Assembly (NCBI GenBank): GCA_965199855.1
Contig: OZ241326.1
Span: 704,001 to 768,000 of the forward strand
Length of the DNA stretch: 64,000 nt
Reading direction: 5' to 3'
From: a bacterium
GTDB lineage: Bacteria > UBA8248
Part shown: positions 1 through 8,460 of the stretch, piece after piece
How positions within the stretch are numbered: position 1 is the stretch's first letter
How the letters are laid out: each line of letters begins with the position of its first letter
Program-made: the position numbers and the translations under genes
Notes under the pieces: model-generated
Database searches by the model: none
Told to the model about the DNA's origin: nothing
Seen by the model: the letters and a program-made list of their open reading frames with translations, nothing else

Positions 1-301
1 AGGTGATGACGTGCGAAATCGAGCTGTGCATGTGAAAGAGCATGGCCGTGTTCACGCAGCCCTTCGCCAGCTCGTAGAGGATCATCGAATAGGTGGCGGC
101 GTCCTCGTAGAGGCCGCGCCCGCCCAGCTCCTTCGGAAGCGTCAGGGAGGTGAAGCCCTCCTTCGCCAGGTCGATGAAGTTCTCGCGGGGGAAGATTCCC
201 TCCTCGTCGATTCTCGCGGCTCTCGGGGCGAGAATCTCCTTCGCGCAGGCTTTCGCGCGCTCGAGGAGGTCCTCGTTTTCGGGGTTGACGCGAAAGTCCA
301 C
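1..301 (-). CDS. acyl-CoA dehydrogenase family protein (N-terminal part; runs off the window start)
   Basis: Manual translation from GTG at 301: VDFRVNPENEDLLERAKACAKEILAPRAARIDEEGIFPRENF...LPKELGGRG...ILYELAKGC, a typical ACAD N-terminal helical domain. Not in the ORF track. Confidence 0.85.
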   Translation of the reverse strand, partial: MDFRVNPENEDLLERAKACAKEILAPRAARIDEEGIFPRENFIDLAKEGFTSLTLPKELGGRGLYEDAATYSMILYELAKGCVNTAMLFHMHSSISHVIT

Positions 302-335
302 AGGCTCGCTCCCTCGGCCTTCGTGAAGGGAGCGC

Positions 336-1493
336 CTACGCGCCCCCGGCGTTCCAGCCGCGCCCCTCGTCGCCGTATCCCTCCGAGCCGTCCCCGGTGA
401 CGGCGACGGTGTCCTCGAGCTTCACGAAGCCCACTTCCGGGTTCTTGAGGTCCGTCTCGATGGAGACCACCATGCCGGCCTCGAGGCCCTTGTCCTCGTA
501 GGTGGCGGGGTAGGGCACGACGCCCGAGGAGGTGAGGTGCGGCGCCTCGTGCTGGATGATGCCCATTCCGTGCGCGAGGAACACCATCTGCTCGCCGTGC
601 TCGCATTTGGCCTGCTCGGAGAGGGCGGCGTCGTATATCTCCCGGCCCGTGACGCCCGGGCGGACGACCGCGCGGGCGGCCGCCTGCACCGCCCGGATTT
701 CGTCGAGAAGGTCCTTCATCAGGGGGGTCGGCTCGCCCATGACGGCCATGCGGCAGAGGTCGCCCAGGTAGCCCCGCTTGTTCCCGCCGGAATCGAGCGA
801 GAGGATGCCGCCCTCGTCCCACGTGGCGTTCGAGGGGGCGCGGTTGTAGCTCGTCCCCGCGCAGGTGAGGCAGTATTCAAAGTCGAGCCCCTTGCGGGTT
901 TCGATTTTCTTCATCTCGTCGGCGATTTCGTAGGTGGTCGTCCCGGGGGGCGTGTTCTCCATGACGCTCAGCATGCACTCGACGATCGCCTCGGAGGCCT
1001 CCTTCAGCAGGGCGAGCTCATGCGGCCGCTTCACGGCGCGCAGCTCCTCGAGCATGTGAACGGCGTCGATGAATCTGGCGTCCGGCAGCTCCTCCCGGAG
1101 CGCGTCGTAGGCGTCGGCCGGAAGAAAGCATTTCTCCACCGCCACGGTGCCTTTTTCGTGGCCCAGCCCGCGGATGAAGTCGGCCGCGTCCTTGCCCGCC
1201 TGATCGCTGCGCCACTGGCTGTTCTTCTTCTCCGGCACCCACACGGGCTCCGCTTCCTGCTGCCAGCCCTCCATGACGTTGCCGATGTAGAACGCCTTGT
1301 CGGAGGCGCCCCTGGGCAGGCCCACCATCGGCAGGTAGCGGCTCACGCCGATGGCGTCCTTGTGGGCGAAGAAGAAGAACTTGTAGCCGCCGAGCAGATA
1401 CTGGACGTTCTCCTTCGAGGAGGCGAGGACGACGTCCGCGCCCTCGTCCTCCATCAGCGCGCCGAGCTTGTCTTCATCGAAGGGCAGGTTCAT
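336..1493 (-). CDS. M24 (Xaa-Pro peptidase/creatinase-like) family protein
   Basis: Creatinase-like N-domain; ELRAVK..E; metal-ligand motifs SLDSG..GYLGDLCR, AHGMG..HE, SIETD, KLEDT. Confidence 0.9.
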   Translation of the reverse strand: MNLPFDEDKLGALMEDEGADVVLASSKENVQYLLGGYKFFFFAHKDAIGVSRYLPMVGLPRGASDKAFYIGNVMEGWQQEAEPVWVPEKKNSQWRSDQAGKDAADFIRGLGHEKGTVAVEKCFLPADAYDALREELPDARFIDAVHMLEELRAVKRPHELALLKEASEAIVECMLSVMENTPPGTTTYEIADEMKKIETRKGLDFEYCLTCAGTSYNRAPSNATWDEGGILSLDSGGNKRGYLGDLCRMAVMGEPTPLMKDLLDEIRAVQAAARAVVRPGVTGREIYDAALSEQAKCEHGEQMVFLAHGMGIIQHEAPHLTSSGVVPYPATYEDKGLEAGMVVSIETDLKNPEVGFVKLEDTVAVTGDGSEGYGDEGRGWNAGGA

Positions 1494-1576
1494 GGCGATT
1501 TCCTCCCGGATAGGGGATGTTCCGAAGTCGCTTTCCGATTTCGCGTCAAGAGCGGGCGGCCGCTCATCTCCCGGAA

Positions 1577-1611
1577 ATGCGCGCGGCGCCGGATGAGGGC
1601 GCCGCGCGCAT
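1577..1611. terminator. 14-bp perfect stem-loop (terminator or mRNA-stabilising hairpin)
   Basis: ATGCGCGCGGCGCC-ggatgag-GGCGCCGCGCGCAT in an intergenic gap; no clear U-tract. Confidence 0.45.
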
Positions 1612-1721
1612 CATCCGCCGAAGGCCGGTTCATGGATGCGGGCAGGGTGTCATGCGGGGGCGGAAAACGCAAGCGGGGCGCTTCCGGCCCGCCGCCCTCC
1701 CGCGCCCCAGAATTGAACGAA

Positions 1722-1760
1722 GCCGCCCGTGATGAACGCGACCCCGTTTTCCAGCTTCAC
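1722..1760 (-). pseudogene. 13-codon remnant of an SDR-type gene start
   Basis: GGAG Shine-Dalgarno then GTG: VKLENGVAFITGG, matching the SDR N-terminus pattern MxLxxKVAxITGG; similarity stops abruptly. Confidence 0.5.
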
Positions 1761-1770
1761 GGCGGTCTCC

Positions 1771-3033
1771 TCAGCAGACTTCCCGGACGATGGCCTCGAA
1801 TTCCTCGTTCGTCAGCTGCCGCTTGCGCCAGCGAATCTCCGAGCGGACGCGCTCCGCCACGGCGCCCTCCCTCTCGCGCGGGACTTCGAGCTCCAGCTCC
1901 CGCGCCTTGGCGCGTATGGCCCAGTTTCCGGAATAGTGGCCCAGCAGGTTGCGCATCCGGTTTCCGAAAATCTCCGGCCTCATGCACGAATACGCCCAGA
2001 AGCCCTCCTCCGTGTCGGGCGCGCAGTAGTGCACCTCGACCAGGTGGGAAAACGCCGTTTCGCCGACGAAGGGCATCGTGGCCGTCATGGGCCACTTCAT
2101 GATGTCGGAGACGAGCCGGGAGAGTTCGGTCATCTTCTCGAGCCGGATGCCGCAGTCGACGCCGTAGTAGATTTGAATCACCGAGGCGACCTCGGCCAAG
2201 GGCGCGATGTGGGCGCGCTCGCCCAGGCCGTTCACGCAGGCGTCGAGCAGGTCGGCGCCGCCCTCGAGGCCCGCGTACAGGGCGGCGCACGCCAGCCCGA
2301 TGTCGTTGTGGGTGTGGAGGCCGATTTGCGTTCCGGGCAGCAGGCGCTTCACCTCGCGGACGACGTAGGTATAGACCGGCGCGATCGCCATGCCGTTGAT
2401 GTCGTCGAGCTTGATCATGTCGGCGCCCGCGTCCACCAGCCTGCCGCATACTTCCGCCAGCCGCTCGATCGGAATGCGCGTGCAGTCCTGAATCAGGCAG
2501 CCCACCTTGCGGTCGGCGCCGGACTTCTCCCGCGCGTAGGCCACGGAGCCGCAGGCGCGCTCGATGGCCTGCTCGATGGTGACGTCCGTCTCCCCGGCCA
2601 TGGACTCGAACAGGCACATCTGGTGCGGCGAAAAGGAGAAGCACAGCGTCGTGTAGTCCGCGCCGTGCTCCACGTTGAGATCGACCTCCACCTTGGCGAG
2701 CTCGGGGTTCAGAACGGCGGTGGGATGCACGAGCGCCTCCACCGTGAGCGCGGGGTGCCGCTTTTTCACCTCCTCCATCTCCTGGGGGTCGTCGTGGTGC
2801 ATCTGCGCCATGCTCACGCCGGCGTCCACGAGGGCGTCGGCGATGCGGATGACCTCGTCCCGCCGCAGGGACACCCCCGGCAGCTGCCGGCCCTCCCGCA
2901 GGGTGATGTCGCAAAGCTGAAAGTTCTCGGAAAGCGTCATCCGCGAGCGGATTTCCTCGGAGAAGCAGTGCTGCGAGATTCTCCACTGCTCGGTGATGGG
3001 CTCCAGGTCGCCGTTGACGGGGTAGCCTGGCAT
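1771..3033 (-). CDS. DRE-TIM metallolyase, homocitrate/isopropylmalate synthase-like
   Basis: CDITLREGRQ, GLHTHNDIGL, NGLGERA, VGETAFSH and GHYSG motifs of the LeuA/HCS family; no LeuA regulatory domain. Confidence 0.85.
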   Translation of the reverse strand: MPGYPVNGDLEPITEQWRISQHCFSEEIRSRMTLSENFQLCDITLREGRQLPGVSLRRDEVIRIADALVDAGVSMAQMHHDDPQEMEEVKKRHPALTVEALVHPTAVLNPELAKVEVDLNVEHGADYTTLCFSFSPHQMCLFESMAGETDVTIEQAIERACGSVAYAREKSGADRKVGCLIQDCTRIPIERLAEVCGRLVDAGADMIKLDDINGMAIAPVYTYVVREVKRLLPGTQIGLHTHNDIGLACAALYAGLEGGADLLDACVNGLGERAHIAPLAEVASVIQIYYGVDCGIRLEKMTELSRLVSDIMKWPMTATMPFVGETAFSHLVEVHYCAPDTEEGFWAYSCMRPEIFGNRMRNLLGHYSGNWAIRAKARELELEVPREREGAVAERVRSEIRWRKRQLTNEEFEAIVREVC

Positions 3034-3120
3034 TCCGTCCTCCTTTCATGGAATGGCGCCGCTTGAATCCGGCGAAGTGAAAGCGTCTCTCAGGCCCGGG
3101 CGCTCATCGCCTCGCCCGCG

Positions 3121-4221
3121 TCAGCATCCGCTTTTTCTCCTCCGGGCGATCCGGAGAATCTCCGCCGACGCCAGCGCCTCGTCGTCGGACGCGCCCCCCG
3201 CTATGAGAACCCGCCGCCCCCCGAGGGGGGTGGCCGTGTGAAGCCGCCGGGGAGACTTCATCGCGCCCGCCGCCAGCCAGAAGCAGCGCCTTTCGGGCTC
3301 GAACACCTCCGCGCTGTCCAGGGTGCGGCCCTCGCCCCCCCAGCCCCCGATGAGCGCGACCCTGCCGTCCGCGAGCAGGGCGGCGGCGTGCTGCTGCCTC
3401 CGCACGCGCAGCCCGCTTTCGAGCGGGATGAATTTTTCCGTTTCGGGGTCGAAAATCTCGGCGCTCGCGAGGGTCCCCTCCCGCCCCAGGCCGCCCGCGA
3501 TGAGTACCTTCCCGTCTTTCAGCCGCGTGGCGGTGTGCCGGCTCCTTTGCGCCGCCAGGCTCCGCGCGAGGCGCGTTCTTCTCCGCGCGGGCAGGTAGAG
3601 CTCCGCGTATCGCGCCACCTTCCCCTCCGCGCCGCCCGCGAGGAGGACGCGCCCGTCCTCGAGCCGCGTGGCGGTGTGCTGCTGCCGCGCCGCGAGCATG
3701 GGCCGCCCGGCGGGAGCGAAGCGCCCCCGCGCGGCCTCGTAGATTTCCAGATGGCGAACCGCGCGCCTGCCGTCGTTGCCGCCGGCGATGAGCGCGTCTC
3801 CCGAGAGAAGCCGCGTCGCCGTGTGATCGTAGCGCCCGCGCCCCATCACGGCGCGCGCGGGGGGCGCGCCGCCGCCCCGGATGAGCAGGGAATCCCGGAG
3901 CGCCTCGCCGACCCTCGCCCAGCCCCCGGTGATCAAAACGCCGCCCTCGAGGAGGACGGCCGCGTGCCAGCCGCGGGCGGGCGCGTTCGGAACGGGGCGG
4001 GGCGCGAACGCTCCCCGCGCGGGGTCGTATGTCTCGAAGCTGCCGAGCGGGGAGGTTTTCGTGAGGCCCGCGGCGATGAGGATTTTCCCCGATGCGAGCC
4101 TCGTGGCCGTGTGTCCGTGTCGGGGGGCGCCCATGCTTCCCGCCGGGGAGAAGTCCCCCTCGCCGCCGCAGGCGGAAAGCGCCGCGCCGAGCAGAAGGCG
4201 CAGGGCCGTTCGCCGCATCAT
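3121..4221 (-). CDS. Kelch-repeat (beta-propeller) lipoprotein
   Basis: AAGGAGG upstream of ATG 4221; lipobox LSAC; about seven R..HTAT.L..G.VLIAGG....E.Y/FDP repeats. Confidence 0.88.
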   Translation of the reverse strand: MMRRTALRLLLGAALSACGGEGDFSPAGSMGAPRHGHTATRLASGKILIAAGLTKTSPLGSFETYDPARGAFAPRPVPNAPARGWHAAVLLEGGVLITGGWARVGEALRDSLLIRGGGAPPARAVMGRGRYDHTATRLLSGDALIAGGNDGRRAVRHLEIYEAARGRFAPAGRPMLAARQQHTATRLEDGRVLLAGGAEGKVARYAELYLPARRRTRLARSLAAQRSRHTATRLKDGKVLIAGGLGREGTLASAEIFDPETEKFIPLESGLRVRRQQHAAALLADGRVALIGGWGGEGRTLDSAEVFEPERRCFWLAAGAMKSPRRLHTATPLGGRRVLIAGGASDDEALASAEILRIARRRKSGC

Positions 4222-4342
4222 CGTTCGCCCCTCCTTCGCGCCGCCCGGAAGAGCGGTCTTCTCGGCGATCCTCCGTGACGCGCTTCTCCCCGCCTCCCGA
4301 AGCCATTTTACGCCAGGAGCCATTATGCGCGAGGCGCGCGAG

Positions 4343-4571
4343 ATGCGAAACGTCTCGGTCATCGGCGGCGGATGCGTGGGCCGGGAGGCGGCGCTCCGGT
4401 TCGCGTGGGCGGGGGGGCGACCTCAGAGAGGCCAAGGGGAGCAGCCTGCCGCTTCGGGCGGACGTGTTCGCGTGGGATTCCATCCCCGAGCGCCTCCGAT
4501 CGGAGATCGCCCCCGACCACGTGGCGCCGGCGGAGGGGGCGAGGGCGCGCGCGGGTGAGGCGGAGGGATGA
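4343..4571 (+). pseudogene. chimeric remnant: Rossmann GxGxxG start joined to a minimal nucleotidyltransferase C-terminal fragment
   Basis: MRNVSVIGGGCVGREAALRFAWAG, then a frame change at the G7 run (4411-4417) into DLREAKGSSLPLRADVFAWDSIPERLRSEI. Confidence 0.4.
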
Positions 4572-4595
4572 GGTTCTGGCGCTTGGGGCGGCGGG

Positions 4596-5402
4596 CTATT
4601 CGATAAGTCCGCGGCTTCTTTTGTAGTCCTGAAACGCTTTTCGGTCTCTTTCCGGCAGCGAATGCCCCGGTTGCTTGTCGTGGCACTCCACGCACAGGGC
4701 GCGAAGGTTGCCCCACGAATTATTGGATTTGTCCCCGTTTCTGTGGTGGGCGTGGAGAAACTCGCTGGCTTCTCCCTTCAGCGAAATGCCGCATTCCTCA
4801 CATCGCCATCCCGCCCTGTCGCGGCATATTCGTGAAAATGTCGATTGATGGGACGAGTAAGTATCTACGGGAGCGGTAATGTCCGTATACCGAGGTTTGG
4901 GGGCGATTGCCTTATCATAACTCTCAAAGAATTTCTCCAGGGAAAACTCCTTTTCGCAATAGCCTTGTGAGCGTAAATGGGATAGGCAGTAACCACATAC
5001 CTGCATGGTGATGAGCTTTTCCTTTTCGATAATTTTACCGGAATCCGTAATGTTCGCTACGAATTTTCCGTCCGTCCGGGTCGAGGCGACGTATCGCTTG
5101 TCGAATCGTTCATTCTTTTTCATGTCTTGGATTTTTTCACAATTCGCTACATGGAATTTGTACTTGCCAAAAAACCTGGAGTATTGGTCCCGGATATAGA
5201 CGAGAATCCTGCGGCCTTCGTGAGATAGCGTCCCGTCGCGCTCGACGGTTATCTGACCCGGATCGACGAGCTCTATTCCCTTTCCCGCCAGTTCGATGTC
5301 CAGTTCTTCCCATTCCATCGAATCGTTGCCCTTGACCAGTTCTTCGACTCCCATTTTGCGAAGAACATCGTCGAGCGCGGCGAACGAAACCTCGATTTTC
5401 AT
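4596..5402 (-). CDS. zorE: HNH endonuclease, ZorE-like effector of a Zorya type II-like system
   Basis: ATG overlaps the zorB stop (ATGA, 5399-5402); C-terminal WRCEECG...LHAHHRNGDKSNN..NLRALCVECH HNH motif. Confidence 0.7.
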   Translation of the reverse strand: MKIEVSFAALDDVLRKMGVEELVKGNDSMEWEELDIELAGKGIELVDPGQITVERDGTLSHEGRRILVYIRDQYSRFFGKYKFHVANCEKIQDMKKNERFDKRYVASTRTDGKFVANITDSGKIIEKEKLITMQVCGYCLSHLRSQGYCEKEFSLEKFFESYDKAIAPKPRYTDITAPVDTYSSHQSTFSRICRDRAGWRCEECGISLKGEASEFLHAHHRNGDKSNNSWGNLRALCVECHDKQPGHSLPERDRKAFQDYKRSRGLIE

Positions 5403-6109
5403 GGTCTGTTTTTCCGATCGATGATCTGGACGATTCTTTTTTCCGCGTTCGTTCGCACGCGAAACTCCACCCGTCTCGATTTTTCCCGGTTCTCGCGGCC
5501 ATTCTCGAGCACCGGCTTGCTGGAGGAGAGGCCGTTCGCGGTGAGCCTTCCCTTGAGCCACGCGAAATCCGGGGATACCGCGTTCAGGTTCAGGACGTAT
5601 TCGAGAACGGCCCTCGTCCGTTGCTGGGAGAGCGCCATGTTGTTGAAGTAGGCGACCTTCGGATCGGCGAGAGTCGCCCATTCGCTGGAGGTATGGCCTT
5701 CGACGCGCACCTCCTCGATGTCGGCCTTGTATTTCGGGCCGGTGAGAATCTTCACGTATCTGGGGAAAAAGTCTATGAGAATGTTCTGGAATTTCTCCTT
5801 CATCGCGGCTTTCCCCTGCTCGAAAAGCACCTCGGGCTCCCGGAAGGTGATGGAGAGCGTTTCGCGGCGGATTTCCGCGGCCCACTTCGGCAGGTCGTCC
5901 CTGAACTCGCGCTTCAAGTCCTCATACAAATCGTTCTGCAGGCGGCTGTAGGTGACAGCGATTCCCTCGATGCTGTCCTTGTCCGCCTGCACCGTCGCCA
6001 TGAAGATGACGGTGAGGAACATGAATATCATCATGGTCCCGGACATGACGTCCGAGATGGAAATCCACGGCCCTTCGCTTTCCTCTTGGAGCGATTCGGC
6101 TTCCTGCAC
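5399..6109 (-). CDS. zorB: OmpA/MotB-family protein, ZorB-like
   Basis: N-terminal TM PWISISDVMSGTMMIF with the conserved Asp; OmpA-like domain with EGHTSSEW, NMALSQQR, SRRVEFRV. Confidence 0.85.
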   Translation of the reverse strand: MQEAESLQEESEGPWISISDVMSGTMMIFMFLTVIFMATVQADKDSIEGIAVTYSRLQNDLYEDLKREFRDDLPKWAAEIRRETLSITFREPEVLFEQGKAAMKEKFQNILIDFFPRYVKILTGPKYKADIEEVRVEGHTSSEWATLADPKVAYFNNMALSQQRTRAVLEYVLNLNAVSPDFAWLKGRLTANGLSSSKPVLENGRENREKSRRVEFRVRTNAEKRIVQIIDRKNRP

Positions 6110-6116
6110 GGTCTGC

Positions 6117-7571
6117 CTACCTTTTGATGATATTCTGCGCGCGGTTCAAGGCGTCCGCCAAAGGCGTGTAATCACTGGCGAATTTCTCCGATATGCTCGC
6201 CAGCCTGTCGCCGAGCGCGGCCAGCGCTTTCGTCAATTCTTCCCCCAGCCCTTCATCTATCGCCTTCATTCGCGCTTCGGTGTTCCGCGCGCTTTCTCCC
6301 GCCAGCCGGGTGATTTCCCGCTCCGTTTTCGTGAAAGTATCTCTCACCTGGGCGTCCAGTCGCTCGACCAGATCCGCGACGAGTTTTTGCTGCTGCTCCG
6401 TGGCGTTGCTCACCTGCGCCCGCATCCGTTCCATGCTTTGTCTGGATAATGCGCCGACCTGCTCGATAGCTCCCGATGCCGTTTTATCCAGTTCGGAGAA
6501 TCCGGCAATCACTTTTTGAGCGAAGTCCTTTTGCTTGCTCAAGGATTCCTGGTTCGCTTCCACCGCTCCCCGCACGGATTCGGCGAAATTCTCCGTGAGT
6601 TCGCTTATCTTCGCGTCAAGCGCGGGCAAGAGCTCCTGCGCCTTTTCCGACATGTCAGCGAACTCTCTCAAATAGCCTTCCATGTATTGTCTTTGTTCCT
6701 GAATGGCGGTCAGGATGGGGTCGAGCTTCTCCGCCGCCTCGGTGATGGCCTCGCTCCGCTCCGCCATTTGCGACAGGGAAGCCTGCGTTCGCGCGATGGA
6801 TTCCCGGACCTGATCGATGCCGGCGACCGCCCTGTCGAACTGCTCTATCATCCTTTCCGTTTGCTCCTTGTTCTTGTCCTGCCAGCCGACGAGGGCTCCG
6901 ACCGCCTCGTTGAGCTGCTTGAAGTTGTCTCCGAACTGCTCGTTTATCTTCGCGTTGAAGTCGCGCATCACCTCTTCGAGAGCCTCGATGAGCTTCTGGC
7001 TGTTCGCCTCCGCCATGGTTTCAGCGAAATCCCTGAACTCCCGGATGAGCTCGTCCTGCTTGTCCGTGAAGGTGGTTCGCAGTTTCTGGATCTGGGTGAG
7101 CATGGAAGTATCGCCCTCGCCCGAAACCGACGCGCGGATGCTCTCCAGCCTTTCCAGCGTTTTCTCGTGGTTTGCTTTTCCTGTTTCGATCTGTTGGTGC
7201 AGGAAGTCCGCGAGGGTTTGAACGGTAGCCCCTTCCGGGCGATCTTCTGATGGCTCCCTGACGATGCGGGGGAACATGACGGGGAGGGTTCTCGTGGCCA
7301 GGGTCGCCACGATGCCGACTATGGAAGTGATGAACGCCGTTTGCAGGCCGAAAAGGAGCGTTCGGACGCTTTTTTCGATGTCGTCGGGATTGAAGTCGAA
7401 CAGGCCGATGGAGATGCCTATGAACGTTCCGACGATTCCAAGAACGGTAGTCGTCGATTGTGAAAATTTATGGAGTTTTCTTTCTCGGATACATTTGAAG
7501 AAACAAGCGGCGATTAACGCGCAAATCACCAGTATAACGGGGTCATAGACAGAGCGAAGCAGAATATCCAT
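6117..7571 (-). CDS. zorA: MotA/TolQ/ExbB-type membrane protein with long coiled-coil tail, ZorA-like
   Basis: Three TM segments including TVLGIVGTFIGISIGL and GLQTAFITSIVG, then a long helical tail (FNAKINEQFGDNFKQLNEAV). Confidence 0.85.
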   Translation of the reverse strand: MDILLRSVYDPVILVICALIAACFFKCIRERKLHKFSQSTTTVLGIVGTFIGISIGLFDFNPDDIEKSVRTLLFGLQTAFITSIVGIVATLATRTLPVMFPRIVREPSEDRPEGATVQTLADFLHQQIETGKANHEKTLERLESIRASVSGEGDTSMLTQIQKLRTTFTDKQDELIREFRDFAETMAEANSQKLIEALEEVMRDFNAKINEQFGDNFKQLNEAVGALVGWQDKNKEQTERMIEQFDRAVAGIDQVRESIARTQASLSQMAERSEAITEAAEKLDPILTAIQEQRQYMEGYLREFADMSEKAQELLPALDAKISELTENFAESVRGAVEANQESLSKQKDFAQKVIAGFSELDKTASGAIEQVGALSRQSMERMRAQVSNATEQQQKLVADLVERLDAQVRDTFTKTEREITRLAGESARNTEARMKAIDEGLGEELTKALAALGDRLASISEKFASDYTPLADALNRAQNIIKR

Positions 7572-7670
7572 GGGCGGCCAGCTTCCTTTTGCCGTGTTCG
7601 CGTATTTCAGTAGAACGTCGTCAGGCTAGCATTCGCCCAGGCTTTTGTCATTTTGTCCGCGTCCGCCCCC

Positions 7671-8237
7671 CTACCTCCTCGGGTGGTGGTCGATGCCCTT
7701 GAAGGTCTCGATGAAGCCCGTGACGCGCGCCTCGTCGAACGTCTCCAGGGTGTCGATTCTCCCCCAGGCGGTGAGGGCGATGCGGTGCTTCATGGAGGGA
7801 TAGGGAGCGAGGACGACGAACTTCGGATAGCGGCGCACGATGCCCTCGAGCTTCTCCACGAGGTCGGGGCAGTCGCCGCAGTTGTATTGAACGAGGACGC
7901 CGCCGTCCTCCAGGTTGTGCACCTGAAAGCCGCGGGCGATGGGCTTCTCGTGCACGCCCCAGCGGACGATGGTCGGGTAGTGCGGCCCCGATGTCGGGGG
8001 GTCGGTGTTGTAGGCGACGGCGCCGCTCGCGCCGACCGGAATGTGGCGGTTGCCGAGGGAGGGGACGGCGCGCGCCTGGTTCGCCGGCGCGCCCGAGAAG
8101 TGCCAGACGCCGAAGAGGAGGGCGACCAGGGCGCTCGCCCAGATGAGCGGGGACGCGCCGTTGCTCTTGGAGCCGATGGCGGCCCGGCGGGCCCTGGCGG
8201 GCCGGGATTTTTTCCTCTTTCCGGGCTTGCGGGCCAT
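7671..8237 (-). CDS. DUF3105-like membrane-anchored protein
   Basis: Basic N-terminus and one TM; YNTDPPTSGPHY, VHNLEDGGVLVQYNC, IALTAWGR motifs. Confidence 0.85.
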   Translation of the reverse strand: MARKPGKRKKSRPARARRAAIGSKSNGASPLIWASALVALLFGVWHFSGAPANQARAVPSLGNRHIPVGASGAVAYNTDPPTSGPHYPTIVRWGVHEKPIARGFQVHNLEDGGVLVQYNCGDCPDLVEKLEGIVRRYPKFVVLAPYPSMKHRIALTAWGRIDTLETFDEARVTGFIETFKGIDHHPRR

Positions 8238-8460
8238 GGCGCGGCCTCCTTGCTTTTCCTGAGGTTCTGCGGATGGCGGCGCGTCGGCAAGATACGCGAG
8301 GAAGGCCGCGGGGACAACCGGAGGGCGCGGGCGTCCCGAATCGTTGACAACTCCCGCGGTGGACGATGATAATCCCCGACCGACGCCCGCGGGGGACCCG
8401 GGCGCGGCTCGCCGCCCCCGTGCGACTCGATGAATCTCCCGCCGGATGGAGGGAAGCCGC

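Noticed and set aside
5403-5885. N-terminal extension of the HNH ORF
   Set aside because: It overlaps zorB in another frame; the ATGA-coupled start at 5402 is more plausible.
5399-7571. Flagellar stator motAB
   Set aside because: Long cytoplasmic tail on the A subunit, a coupled HNH nuclease and no flagellar genes point to Zorya.
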